64,000 nucleotides of DNA, taken from contig JACKAH010000004.1 of the NCBI GenBank assembly GCA_020635175.1, positions 51,995 to 115,994 on the forward strand, written 5' to 3'. The DNA comes from Deltaproteobacteria bacterium (GTDB taxonomy: Bacteria > Bdellovibrionota_C > UBA2361 > J135). Under the pieces are notes generated by a model, which was given only the letters and a program-made list of their open reading frames with translations, did no database searches and was not told where the DNA came from. This document shows, piece after piece, positions 52,113 through 61,919 of this stretch (position 1 is its first letter; each line of letters opens with the position of its first letter). The position numbers and the translations under genes were made by a program.

Positions 52113-52169
52113 GTTACCAAATCGCTTGATTCTTAAATGATATCAAAAGGCTGCGTGATCCAGGTCAAA
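52113..52169 (-). promoter_or_regulatory. Conserved bipartite element upstream of an L gene (copy 4 of 4)
   Basis: The minus strand reads TTTGACCTGGATCA-N38-GTAAC, with TTGATA at spacer positions 10-15. Four nt further on comes the hairpin GTGGGA-N5-TCCCGC (52092-52108; the U-G wobble preserves pairing). Confidence 0.55.
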
Positions 52170-52227
52170 TGCATTCGTAGAGGAAAATGGTATGTTTTCC
52201 TACCTTTTATAAATGGCAGCGTCCCCT

Positions 52228-54117
52228 TTATGCGTACATATCTTCTATTTGCTGTTGGTACTGCTTCTCAACTAAACCTTTCTTGACTTTGAAGGTTGGT
52301 GTGAGAAGTCCATTATCAATAGTAAAATCTTCATCTAAGATTGTGAATTTCTTAATCTGTTCATGTCGAGCCAAGTCTTCGTTTACCTTATCTACCTCTT
52401 TTGAGATTAAACTCTGTAAACTTGAATTCGCACTATAAGGTTTTGCCAACGTATGGGAATTAGCGCGCGCCCAGATCTCAACCTGTTCCATCTCTAGGGT
52501 AATCAGTGCGGTACAATATGAACGGCCATCCCCTATCATAACAACCTGAGAGACATACGGAGATGCTTTAATCGCATCTTCAATATCATGTGGAGCTATA
52601 TTTTTACCGTTTGAAGTAACGATAATCTCTTTCTTACGACCAGTAATTGTCAGATAGCCATCATCATCCAAAGACCCTAAATCCCCAGTATGAAACCAAC
52701 CCTTAGAGTCCCACTGCTTGCGGGTAGCTTCAACGCGATTATGATAGCCTAGCGCTACGTTAGGCCCTCTAAACAAAATCTCTCCATCTTCTGCAATCTG
52801 AAGTTCGATATCCTCAGTAAGTACTGGGCCAACTGTGCCTATCTTGTTTTTTTGCAGGCGATTCATGTTGGTGGCAACACAGGTTTCGGTTAAACCGTAG
52901 CCTTCAAGAATATTAATCCCAAGCGCATCAAAGAAATACCCAACATTCGTAGGCAACTTTGCTCCTCCAGAGATACAAAACACATGCCTCGGTCCAAAAA
53001 GCTTCTCTTTAACTTTTTTTCGTAATCCTGCAGTTAGTTTGTAAACAAGCTTATCCCCAAACGAAGCATTTGCCCCATCTCGGTCAGCTTTTCTTACTGC
53101 AAGTGCTGAGCTAATAGTTGCAGCTAGTAATTTCGCTGCTAAACCACTACCAGAGGCCTTTGCCTGAACTCCTGCTTTCATCTTTTCAAGCAAACGCGGC
53201 ACAACGGGCACAATCGTAGCGCTTCCCTCTCTAATATCACGCGTCACAGAACCAGGATCTAATGCAGACGTTTTCTTATCTACAACCGCAGGAAATTTAA
53301 TAAGTGCAGGTGTTAAGAAACCTAAATACCCAACAAGTTTAGCGAAAGAATGCGCCAATGGGAGAAAGAGCATAAAATCTGAGCCATCTCCAAACTGCTC
53401 CGTATCACACGATTGTCTTACGTTTGATAAGTGATTGCCGTGAGACTGAATCACCCCTTTTGGTGGACCAGTTGTACCTGAAGTATAGACAAACGACGCG
53501 ATATCGATGCGTTGAATCTGATAAACATCATGTGGGGTTTCCTGTTCTGGTCCCATCAAAATCTCTTCTAACTGAGTTACTAACGGATGTGTATCAGAGT
53601 GCTCTATACTAATAATTCGTTGAATTGGAATTGAAACCTTTTGAGCTGGGCGTTCTTCAGTAGCTGGTATATCCCACTCACATGTAGAAACGCTTATGAC
53701 TTTATCAACCTGCTGTTGGTTTTCAGCGAAAACTATCTGCGCCCCTGAATCATAAAGTATATATGCTACATCATCCTCAGGTAAGGTTTGATAAACCGAG
53801 ACGGCGACCCCTCCACAAGAAAGGATCGCGATATCAGCCTCCATCCATTCAGGACGTGAAGCAGAAAGAATCGCTATCTTTGTTCCCTTGACTGTTCCAA
53901 CTGACTTTAGATAGTGAGCAATCTTATTAATTCTTTGCTGTGCAGTTTTATAATCTGTCGTAACCCAAGTTCTTGGGGTCTCTGATTCTGATTTGCCATC
54001 ATAAACAGCCTGAGAGTAAAGTGGAGTCTTTGGACACTCAGAAGCGATATTGTGAAAAGCCTCGGCTAAGTTTCTAATAGAGTCTAGCGGATTATTTCCC
54101 ATAGTATTTCTAGCCAA
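52228..54117 (-). CDS. Long-chain acyl-CoA synthetase (AMP-forming)
   Basis: AMP-binding signature YTSGTTGPPKGV, later GWFHTGDLG...GYLTITGRKKEII, and a length of 629 aa typical of long-chain enzymes. Confidence 0.88.
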   Translation of the reverse strand: MARNTMGNNPLDSIRNLAEAFHNIASECPKTPLYSQAVYDGKSESETPRTWVTTDYKTAQQRINKIAHYLKSVGTVKGTKIAILSASRPEWMEADIAILSCGGVAVSVYQTLPEDDVAYILYDSGAQIVFAENQQQVDKVISVSTCEWDIPATEERPAQKVSIPIQRIISIEHSDTHPLVTQLEEILMGPEQETPHDVYQIQRIDIASFVYTSGTTGPPKGVIQSHGNHLSNVRQSCDTEQFGDGSDFMLFLPLAHSFAKLVGYLGFLTPALIKFPAVVDKKTSALDPGSVTRDIREGSATIVPVVPRLLEKMKAGVQAKASGSGLAAKLLAATISSALAVRKADRDGANASFGDKLVYKLTAGLRKKVKEKLFGPRHVFCISGGAKLPTNVGYFFDALGINILEGYGLTETCVATNMNRLQKNKIGTVGPVLTEDIELQIAEDGEILFRGPNVALGYHNRVEATRKQWDSKGWFHTGDLGSLDDDGYLTITGRKKEIIVTSNGKNIAPHDIEDAIKASPYVSQVVMIGDGRSYCTALITLEMEQVEIWARANSHTLAKPYSANSSLQSLISKEVDKVNEDLARHEQIKKFTILDEDFTIDNGLLTPTFKVKKGLVEKQYQQQIEDMYA

Positions 54118-54169
54118 TTAAACAATAGAAATACTTTGCCATGTAATAAATGCTACCTGCAAGAGAACA

Positions 54170-55021
54170 ATGAAAACACTACTAACAATTGTCTGTTTTT
54201 CTATACTATCTTTAAGTTTTAGAGCTCAAGCTGAGCAATCCCCCCTAAAACTTCATTTCCTAAACGTAGGAGAAGGCTCTGCGGCAATTGTGCAAAGCCC
54301 TGACCCGAACATAGGCTACATAAATAGTCTAATTGATGTAGGCAATCCTAGTGCCGCAATTAAGATAAAAAACTATCTTGAGACCCAACAGATCTCTGAA
54401 CTTAACTCAATCTATTTAAGCCACCCACACCTAGACCACATCGGTGGTATTTTTACACTATTGCAACTAATTAATACCAAAGAGATTTATGATAACGGGG
54501 AGGATCTGGAATCAGCATTGAAGGAAAACAAGATGTTTCGCTGGTACAAAGAAGAGGTCAGACAAGACAAGCGATACAAAGCATTACGTGCGAACTCAAT
54601 GCACTCTACAAGTAAGACCACGCTTGAAATTCTTTGGCCCGAAGAGTTAACACAAGATTGGAACACGAATTCCTTAGTTATGCTTCTAACATACAATAGC
54701 TTTAAATGTTTAATCATGAATGACGCTAATTCAGAGACAGAAGCACAATTGATAGCAAGAAACAGGATATCAGATGTCGATCTTTTAATCGTGGGTCATC
54801 ATGGGGCTCAGGACGCATCCTCAAATGAGTTTCTTGATGTAGTTAAACCGGAAGCTGCAATTATCAGCGTTAACAAGGATAACTACTACGGACATCCAAG
54901 CGATGAAACGATTAATCGATTACGCAATCATGGCGTGAGAGTTTACAGAACCGATCGAGATGGTGATATCATTGCGTCTGTCTTAGAAGATAGTAGTTAT
55001 AAAATTGAGAGTACTCTTTGA
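54170..55021 (+). CDS. Secreted metallo-beta-lactamase-fold hydrolase (ComEC C-terminal-domain-like)
   Basis: Signal peptide, HxHxDH motif SHPHLDHIGG, and later VGHHG. Confidence 0.75.
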   Translation: MKTLLTIVCFSILSLSFRAQAEQSPLKLHFLNVGEGSAAIVQSPDPNIGYINSLIDVGNPSAAIKIKNYLETQQISELNSIYLSHPHLDHIGGIFTLLQLINTKEIYDNGEDLESALKENKMFRWYKEEVRQDKRYKALRANSMHSTSKTTLEILWPEELTQDWNTNSLVMLLTYNSFKCLIMNDANSETEAQLIARNRISDVDLLIVGHHGAQDASSNEFLDVVKPEAAIISVNKDNYYGHPSDETINRLRNHGVRVYRTDRDGDIIASVLEDSSYKIESTL

Positions 55022-55533
55022 TAAGTAAACCTGCTTTAGCTTGGGCACTATTTCTAATCATCTCCTCAACTTTTATGAGGCAACTTTTAAATTTTATTAC
55101 TGGGTTTACAAGTGACGCGACAGTTAGCCTATTAATTTGGTGTGCATTCGCATGCGCTGCGGCATTGGCAATCTACATATCAAAGCTCAGAAGCTTAAAG
55201 CAGGTTGCGATCTTATTAATCCCTGTTGCAGTTATCATCATATATGCAACCTCATTTAATGTTGCAGTCGAAAGAATTCATTTAGTTAAATATGGGATAC
55301 TTGGGTTCCTTGTCGCTCGCAGCAACATTAGTTCAGCAAGCTTTCAAGGTTTACTTTTCAAGGTGACATTAGTCGCTTTGGTCACAGCATCGCTGGATGA
55401 AACAGTTCAATATTTCTTACCGTATCGAGTTGGAGATTTAAGGGATGTATGGTTTGGTGTGGTAGGAGCTGTGTGGGGTGGAATATTTCCACCCCTAATT
55501 AGTTATCTAACTAAGTTGCCAAGTAAGCCCTAA
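55018..55533 (+). CDS. VanZ-like membrane protein
   Basis: Four TM segments and LDETVQYFLPYRVGDLRDVWFGVVGAVWG, the VanZ-family motif. TTG start overlaps the upstream stop; an internal ATG at 55075 is an alternative start. Confidence 0.6.
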   Translation: MISKPALAWALFLIISSTFMRQLLNFITGFTSDATVSLLIWCAFACAAALAIYISKLRSLKQVAILLIPVAVIIIYATSFNVAVERIHLVKYGILGFLVARSNISSASFQGLLFKVTLVALVTASLDETVQYFLPYRVGDLRDVWFGVVGAVWGGIFPPLISYLTKLPSKP

Positions 55534-56844
55534 GCTTATGATATCGATCGCAAGATCGTAATCACCACTTAGAACACCACCTGTAGAACTTGTGTTAGCA
55601 ATTTCGCCATCACCCATAAATAAGTGAGCATAGCTAACATCAACTGTGATGTTGTCAGTTACATCGTATCCAACTCCAGCAGTTAACCAAAGTCTGTCAT
55701 CATCAGGAATTCTTGGAGTCCTAAGAGCTGCACTTGGAATTGGTGTTTCTTCCCAAGCAACACCACCTCTTAGCACTAGGTCTTCATCAACATTGTAGTT
55801 AATACCACCGGCAAATCTCCAAACAGAGTCCCATCCTTCTTGAGTCACTGAATCAGGCTGAGTTGAATCATAAACGATTCTTAACTCATTAAATCTACTC
55901 CACCTAGTCCACCCAGCCTCAAAAGCCAGAGAAACACTTTCATTTACATCGTGCACTAAACCAACACCAACGTTTTCAGGTAATGTGACGTCAGCTGTTG
56001 CACCTGTGTTAGTAAATGAACCGGTAGACGTTAAAGGTAGCGCAGCTGTTGGAACCGTAAAGCTAGCATCTCCTTTAAGCTGAGCCTGCATTCTGCTACG
56101 GTAATGAACACCAAGTCGAGTATCATCATCGATTAAGTAGAGGAAACCGAAGTTTACACCGTACGCCCAATCGTCTCCCTCAACTTTACCGAAACCGTCA
56201 TTGCCTTGAGGTGATAAACCAAGAGCACTAGCAGTTGTTGGTCCAAGCGTAGAAAATCCAATTGTACCAAAATCGATAGCTTGAGTTAGCTCAGCATCTA
56301 AGTACATCGCACTAACGCCACCACCAACAAAGAGGTCATCTCTAAGTTTAAATGAAAAGCCTGGGTTAATGTTAATTGATAAGAGCTCTGACTTAAGTGC
56401 ATGGTATCTTCCCTGCCATCCAGCATCGTATTCAGAAGAAAGTCCAAATGGTGAGTTAATCGCAATACCAGCTTGCCAATCATCGTTAACTTGATTGACG
56501 TAGTAGATATTTGGAACACCTACTAAACCACCAGCATCTCCACCATCACCACCACTTAATGGTGCACCCAACGCAGGAATACTAGAACCACTATCATTGA
56601 ATTCTGCTTTTGGAATAATTCCATGTACAGCAATCGTAGCACGGCTTCCTTTGTGAGCAGCCATAGCAGCTGGGTTAAAGTAAACACTACTGCCATCCCC
56701 ATATCCTGCAGACTTACCAGCAAACGCCTGCCCAAGTCCCTCAACACTTTGCTCTAAAACAGCAAATCCACCTGCAAACGCAGTTTGCGAAAGTCCTAAT
56801 GTGAGGCTAAAGGCGGCGAGCCAAGCAAATGATCTCTTACTCAT
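55507..56844 (-). CDS. FadL/OMPP1/TodX-family outer-membrane transporter for hydrophobic compounds
   Basis: Signal peptide ...SQTAFA/GG. N-terminal GGFAVLEQSVEGLGQAFAGKSA...YFNPAAMA hatch motif. Beta-barrel character with a C-terminal ...LGLTWQLS. Confidence 0.8.
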   Translation of the reverse strand: MSKRSFAWLAAFSLTLGLSQTAFAGGFAVLEQSVEGLGQAFAGKSAGYGDGSSVYFNPAAMAAHKGSRATIAVHGIIPKAEFNDSGSSIPALGAPLSGGDGGDAGGLVGVPNIYYVNQVNDDWQAGIAINSPFGLSSEYDAGWQGRYHALKSELLSININPGFSFKLRDDLFVGGGVSAMYLDAELTQAIDFGTIGFSTLGPTTASALGLSPQGNDGFGKVEGDDWAYGVNFGFLYLIDDDTRLGVHYRSRMQAQLKGDASFTVPTAALPLTSTGSFTNTGATADVTLPENVGVGLVHDVNESVSLAFEAGWTRWSRFNELRIVYDSTQPDSVTQEGWDSVWRFAGGINYNVDEDLVLRGGVAWEETPIPSAALRTPRIPDDDRLWLTAGVGYDVTDNITVDVSYAHLFMGDGEIANTSSTGGVLSGDYDLAIDIISLGLTWQLS

Positions 56845-56949
56845 ACCTCTTCTCCTAAAGAAACATTAATAGGTAATTAATTAACATCTTTGGTCAGCAC
56901 TGAATACATAATATTGAAGAACACTGTTTTCCGGCATAAAATAAGAGGT

Positions 56950-58452
56950 ATGAAAAACATCTGGTACGCTACCTTAGCGATTCTGCTAATTATTTCTCAC
57001 CTCTCGCTCTATCAGTATGCCCATGACGACGCGTATATTCATTTTCGCATCGCACAAAACTGGATTAATTTCGGCAGCCCACTATATAACCCCGACACTC
57101 CTGGGGTGATGACAAGTTCATCACCGATCTGGACACTTTTTTTAACAATCCTCTTTCTTCTGTTTGGCACATCGCTAAAGACAATCGCGGTTGCCAATGC
57201 ATTGATTTCAACAGCGACCACATTTACCTGGGCTACTTTTTTAAAAACGATTAAGCCCAATTTAAAGATTTCACCTAACATTGTTTCGTTAATACTTCTT
57301 TCAGGTTTTCTCTCAAGCAGCATCACGCTGATGGAATCTCCTCTTGCGCTTCTCTTTTTGGGCTTAGCACTCAATCATTACCTTAGACGCGATCCGTTGG
57401 CCTATCTATATTTCTCATTAGCTGCATTCACACGCTATGAATTTTTGGTAACACTAGCTGTATTTAGTGCATATGATTTGCTCGTGAGAAGAGATAAGAG
57501 TTTTCAAATCCTGTGCACTCTCGGATCTGCTTTAGCTGTTTTGCTCTCCTTTCAAATGACAATATTTGGAACTCTCTACCCGCAAGCTCTAAAAGCAAAG
57601 AAGGTCGTTTATGATCTATCTCAGACTGAAGTGATAAAGGGGTTTTTTCATGGCCTATTTTCTGAAGCTATTGCTACTAAATATCCCTGGGTTACTCCAG
57701 CTTATGCAATCGTTGTCTTTGCACTAGCTGTCTGCATAATCTTAGTTAAGAGCGATAAAGTATTCTCACGCATGCAAGCTCACAGAGCTGCACTGATGTT
57801 ACTTTTTATCTCGACCTTGCTAATCCTAACTAGCTATCTCTTAACAAAAAGCTTGATCTTTCCCTGGTATTATCCGCTCTTTTTATTGCCTTTTATCACG
57901 CTTGGTTTGATTTCCTACCAAGACTCAAGGTCGATTCTCTCAAAAGCTTTACTCTTTGTTTTATACACCCCACTGCTTGCTATCCTAATTAAAGACATCA
58001 GCGCCTGCGTTGGTTTTAAACAAAATTTAAGTGGCTTTGTAACTGGAGCACGTGCAAGACAATACGTAACAATCGGGCAGATGATTAATACACGCTATCC
58101 AAAGGCTACGGTCCTGGCGCCAGAGATAGGTGGTTTAGGCTATGGGTTTAAAGGGAAAATCATCGATGCAGTTGGACTCGCAAGCCCTGAGGCCGTTAGC
58201 TACCACCCCCTTGCTGTTCCTTCAGAGCGAAGTTCAGGCCTAATCGGAGCGATACCACCAGAATTAGTTAGGGACAAAGACCCTGATATTATAGTAAGTC
58301 ACGATATCTTCATGCAGGCACTATCTAAAACAGACCTGCTTAAGAGGTACGATCATTGGCAGTACTCAATCTTTCCACTTCAAGATAGCGCACTTATGAA
58401 TCGCAGTAGTCTCTGGGGTAGTCGATATTTAAACGTCTACATCAAGAAGTAG
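56950..58452 (+). CDS. Polytopic membrane protein, possible GT-C-type glycosyltransferase
   Basis: ATG 56950 with AAGAGG upstream (the track start 56890 is TTG). N-terminal YQYAHDDAYIHFRIAQNW motif followed by more than 10 hydrophobic segments. Function uncertain. Confidence 0.5.
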   Translation: MKNIWYATLAILLIISHLSLYQYAHDDAYIHFRIAQNWINFGSPLYNPDTPGVMTSSSPIWTLFLTILFLLFGTSLKTIAVANALISTATTFTWATFLKTIKPNLKISPNIVSLILLSGFLSSSITLMESPLALLFLGLALNHYLRRDPLAYLYFSLAAFTRYEFLVTLAVFSAYDLLVRRDKSFQILCTLGSALAVLLSFQMTIFGTLYPQALKAKKVVYDLSQTEVIKGFFHGLFSEAIATKYPWVTPAYAIVVFALAVCIILVKSDKVFSRMQAHRAALMLLFISTLLILTSYLLTKSLIFPWYYPLFLLPFITLGLISYQDSRSILSKALLFVLYTPLLAILIKDISACVGFKQNLSGFVTGARARQYVTIGQMINTRYPKATVLAPEIGGLGYGFKGKIIDAVGLASPEAVSYHPLAVPSERSSGLIGAIPPELVRDKDPDIIVSHDIFMQALSKTDLLKRYDHWQYSIFPLQDSALMNRSSLWGSRYLNVYIKK

Positions 58453-58499
58453 AGAGTTCTTCAATCTAGCTAGGCTCAACTGCAAAAAGATCACCACGC

Positions 58500-58519
58500 A
58501 ATACGGCAAAAGCCGTATT
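58500..58519 (+). terminator. Possible terminator hairpin lacking a U-tract
   Basis: AATACGGC-AAAA-GCCGTATT: a perfect 8-bp stem 48 nt after the stop at 58452, followed by ACTCGTG with no T-run. Confidence 0.3.
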
Positions 58520-58539
58520 ACTCGTGATGACAAAGAGGC

Positions 58540-58555
58540 TGGCAAGCCACTTGCA
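58540..58555 (+). promoter_or_regulatory. Sigma-54 (RpoN)-type -24/-12 promoter upstream of flgE
   Basis: TGGCAAGCCACTTGCA compared with the consensus TGGCAC-N5-TTGCW. GG and GC are at the canonical 10-nt spacing. It lies 193 nt upstream of the flgE ATG. Confidence 0.6.
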
Positions 58556-58747
58556 CTACCATCCAATTAACGTGTTTTTAGTATGATTATCAGGCAGTTC
58601 TTGCCGTGAAATCTAACGTCAAAACACAACAATGAGTAATTTCACTAAAATTTTTAGGATCTTACTCCTCAAGGAAGAATATGCCTCCAAGGAACAGATG
58701 CACTAGCAAAATAGTGCGTTTAGTAAGGAGCAAAAGGAAAAGAGACT

Positions 58748-60016
58748 ATGAGAATAGAATCATCGCTACTGATCAGTGCGACTGGGCTAGATGCGCATGG
58801 ACAAGCCCTTACAATTATCGGTAACAACGTTGCAAACGTTAACACAAACGCGTTCAAGCGATCACGATCAGAATTTGAGAATTTACTAGCAGAAGCAGAT
58901 GGACAAACAGGCTCAATAGAAAGCCCTGGTAATGGTGCAAAGGTACAGAACGTAAGAACTATCCATGTCAACGGACCAATTGAACCAACTGGAAGACCAC
59001 TTGATGCGGCAGTTGAAGGAGAGGGTTTCTTTGTCGTCGGATCGACTACCGATCAATTCTATACGAGAGCTGGATCATTCACACTTGATCCAAGCGGTAT
59101 TCTTGTAAACGTAGAGGGCAAAAACGTTTTAGGATACTCTGTAGTCAATGGACAGCCTTCAACAACATTAGGAACTCTAAATTTACTTGAATTTGACGCT
59201 GAAGCAGAGGCAACCACAGCAGCGACAATGGTTGGAAACCTTGATGCAACAAGTCAAGCACTCGCAGTACCAAACAATCCTCAAACTTTCCAAGAATTAA
59301 ACCAAGCTTCAAACTTTATCTCAAGCTTTGAGGTTATCGACAGCTTGGGAACATCTCACACTATAGTGATGGCTTATACAAAAACTGCCAATAACTCCTG
59401 GACCGCTCAATCATACATAAATGGTGCAGATGTTACTGGCGGCACTGAAGATGTTCCGTTTCTATTAGGGACAACAACTCTTGATTATGACACAAACGGA
59501 AACTTGTTAGATGCAAGTGTTGCCAATGCAACATTAAACGTTACCCCACCATATCTAAATGGATCAACTGCTGGTAATTTCGACATAAGCCTAACTGGCT
59601 TTACTCAATACGCTGCTCCAAGTGCAGTAAGTAGTGTGACCCAAGATGGTGTTCAAGTCGGTAGCGTTATCAACTACGATATTCAAGAAGATGGAAATAT
59701 CGTAGCTGTACTAGATAACGGTACTAGAGCAACTATTGGTGCAATTGCACTTGCAACATTTCCAAACAAAGATGGCTTAAGAGCGATCGGTAACAACTTG
59801 TATAACGTATCAGATACTACAGGAACTCCTGACATCGGTTTACCTGATACTGCGCGTAGAGGACGTATAAAAGGTGCTGCGCTAGAACGTTCGACTGTTG
59901 ACTTATCAACTGAATTTACTGAGATGATCATCTATCAGCGAGGATATCAGGCTAACTCTAGAATGTTTAGCTCTGCGGAAAGACTAATTAGTGAAACTCT
60001 GAACTTGCTACGATAG
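58748..60016 (+). CDS. flgE: Flagellar hook protein FlgE
   Basis: Rod/hook N-terminus TGLDAHGQALTIIGNNVANVNTNAFKRSR, central YTRAGSFTLDPSGILVNVEGKNVLGY and VGNLDATS, C-terminus LERSTVDLSTEFTEMIIYQRGYQANSRMF...LNLLR. AAGGAG lies upstream. Confidence 0.8.
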   Translation: MRIESSLLISATGLDAHGQALTIIGNNVANVNTNAFKRSRSEFENLLAEADGQTGSIESPGNGAKVQNVRTIHVNGPIEPTGRPLDAAVEGEGFFVVGSTTDQFYTRAGSFTLDPSGILVNVEGKNVLGYSVVNGQPSTTLGTLNLLEFDAEAEATTAATMVGNLDATSQALAVPNNPQTFQELNQASNFISSFEVIDSLGTSHTIVMAYTKTANNSWTAQSYINGADVTGGTEDVPFLLGTTTLDYDTNGNLLDASVANATLNVTPPYLNGSTAGNFDISLTGFTQYAAPSAVSSVTQDGVQVGSVINYDIQEDGNIVAVLDNGTRATIGAIALATFPNKDGLRAIGNNLYNVSDTTGTPDIGLPDTARRGRIKGAALERSTVDLSTEFTEMIIYQRGYQANSRMFSSAERLISETLNLLR

Positions 60017-60039
60017 CAATCTTTCATTACTAATTAGGG

Positions 60040-60816
60040 ATGAAGAATAAACCAATCATTGCTCTGCCTTGCAGATCATTTACTGTAAACATGCCTCTCA
60101 CCCCCCAAGCCCAAGGGGCTATCGACTCATACGTTAGCACAATTGTAAACGCTGGTGGCATACCGCTACTTATTCCATTAATAGAAAATACGGATGACAT
60201 ATTACAACTTTTTGAATGCTGTGATGGGTTACTATTATGTGGTGGCGAAGATATACACCCTTCGCATTATGGTACAAACCTTGAGAAACATGAACTCGGT
60301 GATGAAACCGTAACTGAGATGATGCAACCAAACTCTGTAAGAGACACTCTCGAGATAGCTTTGGTAAAAGAGGCATGGAAGAATAAGAAGCCGATTTTAG
60401 GTGTCTGCCGCGGGAGCCAACTATTAAACATCGCCTTTGGTGGCACCCTATATCAAGACATAGAGCAGGATTTAGGAATAAAGGGACACTTAGCTTTAAG
60501 ACACAAAGACGATAGCCCTGAACTGCTAGACGCAAATATTCACACAGTTGAAATTGAGTGTGACTCTCGTCTGCACTCAATTCTGAATACTGATCAGATT
60601 TATGTTAATAGCTTACACCATCAAGCTATTAAAGATGTTCCACAAGACTTCATGGTAGTTGCCAAGGCTCCTGATGGAATTATTGAGGCAATCGAGTGTA
60701 AAGATAAAAATCAATTTGCAATCGGAGTTGAGTGGCACCCAGAACTTCTATGGCAACGAAACAATGCAGAGTGGATTAATCTTTTTAAAGCATTTGTTAA
60801 GTCAGCAAGCTCTTAG
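60040..60816 (+). CDS. Class-I glutamine amidotransferase-like hydrolase (peptidase C26 / PuuD-like gamma-glutamyl hydrolase)
   Basis: Nucleophile elbow GVCRGSQLLN, plus HHQAI and GVEWHPE motifs. Confidence 0.8.
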   Translation: MKNKPIIALPCRSFTVNMPLTPQAQGAIDSYVSTIVNAGGIPLLIPLIENTDDILQLFECCDGLLLCGGEDIHPSHYGTNLEKHELGDETVTEMMQPNSVRDTLEIALVKEAWKNKKPILGVCRGSQLLNIAFGGTLYQDIEQDLGIKGHLALRHKDDSPELLDANIHTVEIECDSRLHSILNTDQIYVNSLHHQAIKDVPQDFMVVAKAPDGIIEAIECKDKNQFAIGVEWHPELLWQRNNAEWINLFKAFVKSASS

Positions 60817-61919
60817 TACTTAGGCATCTCTGGATCAACATCCCTAGCCCAAGCATCAATGCCACCAGTTAAGTTATAAAGGTTGGTTAAGCCTAGCTGC
60901 TGCTCAATTAGATCAATCGCTCTTTTGCTTCTAACGCCATGGTGGCAGATAAAGATGACTTTTTTGTCTCGTGAGATCCTATCTAAGTTACTTTCGAGTT
61001 GTCCAAGTGGAATGAAGTCACCACCAAGGTTACAGACAGCATGCTCAAATGGTTCACGCACATCGACGAGCTGAACCTGCTCAGTCGGTATCATAGTATG
61101 AAGTTCTGATGGTGAAATTTCTCTATAGCTTTTAAACAAACTCATACAGCTATCCCCTTCAACAATAATCTCATTAACAGTCGCATACTTTTCGTTACGT
61201 TTTAACTCAATAACTTGAAATTTAGCTCTAAGAGCATCAAAACATAACATTTTTCCAGATAAAACATCGCCCAAATCTGCTAGTACTTTTATCGCTTCAT
61301 TTGCCTGCAACGCACCAACTACACCAGGCAACACCCCTAAGACCCCAGCTTCTGCACAGTTAGGAATTGCATCTGCAGGAGGAGCTTTGGGAAAGATACA
61401 TCGATAAGTAGGAGCCTTAGAATTTAAGTTAAATACTGCAAGCTGTCCTTCAAAGCGATTAATAGCGGCAAAGACAAAGGGCTTACCCTCAAGCACGCAG
61501 GCATCATTTATCAGGTAACGAGTTGTAAAGTTATCTGAGCAATCTAATACTAACTGATATTGAGCAACTAGCTCTCTGGCATTTTCTGCAGCAAATCGGA
61601 CACTGTGTTCAACAACCTGTATTGAACTATTAAGCTCTCGAAGCTTCTCTGCTGCGACCTCAACTTTTCTTAGCTCTAAGTCAGACTCGCTATATAGAAC
61701 TTGTCTTTGAAGATTACTAAGGGAGACTAGATCATCATCAACTATCCCTATCGTGCCGACACCTGCCGCTGCTAAGTAAGATAGCACTGGGCAACCAAGA
61801 CCACCTGCACCTACGACTAAAACCTTGCTCTCTATAAGCTTAAGCTGAGCACTCTCTCCAAACTCTGGGAGTGAAAAATGTCGCGCATAGCGTAATTTAT
61901 CCTGAGCTTCTAGCTTCAT
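60813..61919 (-). CDS. moeB: MoeB/ThiF-type adenylyltransferase with a C-terminal rhodanese domain
   Basis: RYARHFSLPEFG...VVGAGGLGCP nucleotide-binding region and a C-terminal rhodanese-like domain with the active-site loop ICHHGVRS. Confidence 0.75.
   Translation of the reverse strand: MKLEAQDKLRYARHFSLPEFGESAQLKLIESKVLVVGAGGLGCPVLSYLAAAGVGTIGIVDDDLVSLSNLQRQVLYSESDLELRKVEVAAEKLRELNSSIQVVEHSVRFAAENARELVAQYQLVLDCSDNFTTRYLINDACVLEGKPFVFAAINRFEGQLAVFNLNSKAPTYRCIFPKAPPADAIPNCAEAGVLGVLPGVVGALQANEAIKVLADLGDVLSGKMLCFDALRAKFQVIELKRNEKYATVNEIIVEGDSCMSLFKSYREISPSELHTMIPTEQVQLVDVREPFEHAVCNLGGDFIPLGQLESNLDRISRDKKVIFICHHGVRSKRAIDLIEQQLGLTNLYNLTGGIDAWARDVDPEMPKY

Noticed and set aside
36323-52169. Reading the conserved TGGATCA box as the -24 element of sigma-54 promoters for the L genes.
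   Set aside because: The distance from the GG to the nearest downstream GC is 12, 9 and 8 nt in three copies, and no GC lies at any plausible position in the fourth. The obligatory spacing is 10 nt, and there is no TTGC-like -12 box. The genuine-looking sigma-54 site upstream of flgE shows what a match looks like.
32247-52227. Calling the 20-kb Tad-like region a horizontally acquired genomic island.
   Set aside because: There is no integrase, tRNA or direct-repeat boundary. Spot checks of base composition (about 42% vs 38% GC in sampled 60-mers) show no obvious discontinuity. The only mobile-type genes are hicAB. Proper GC-skew, k-mer and synteny analysis is required.
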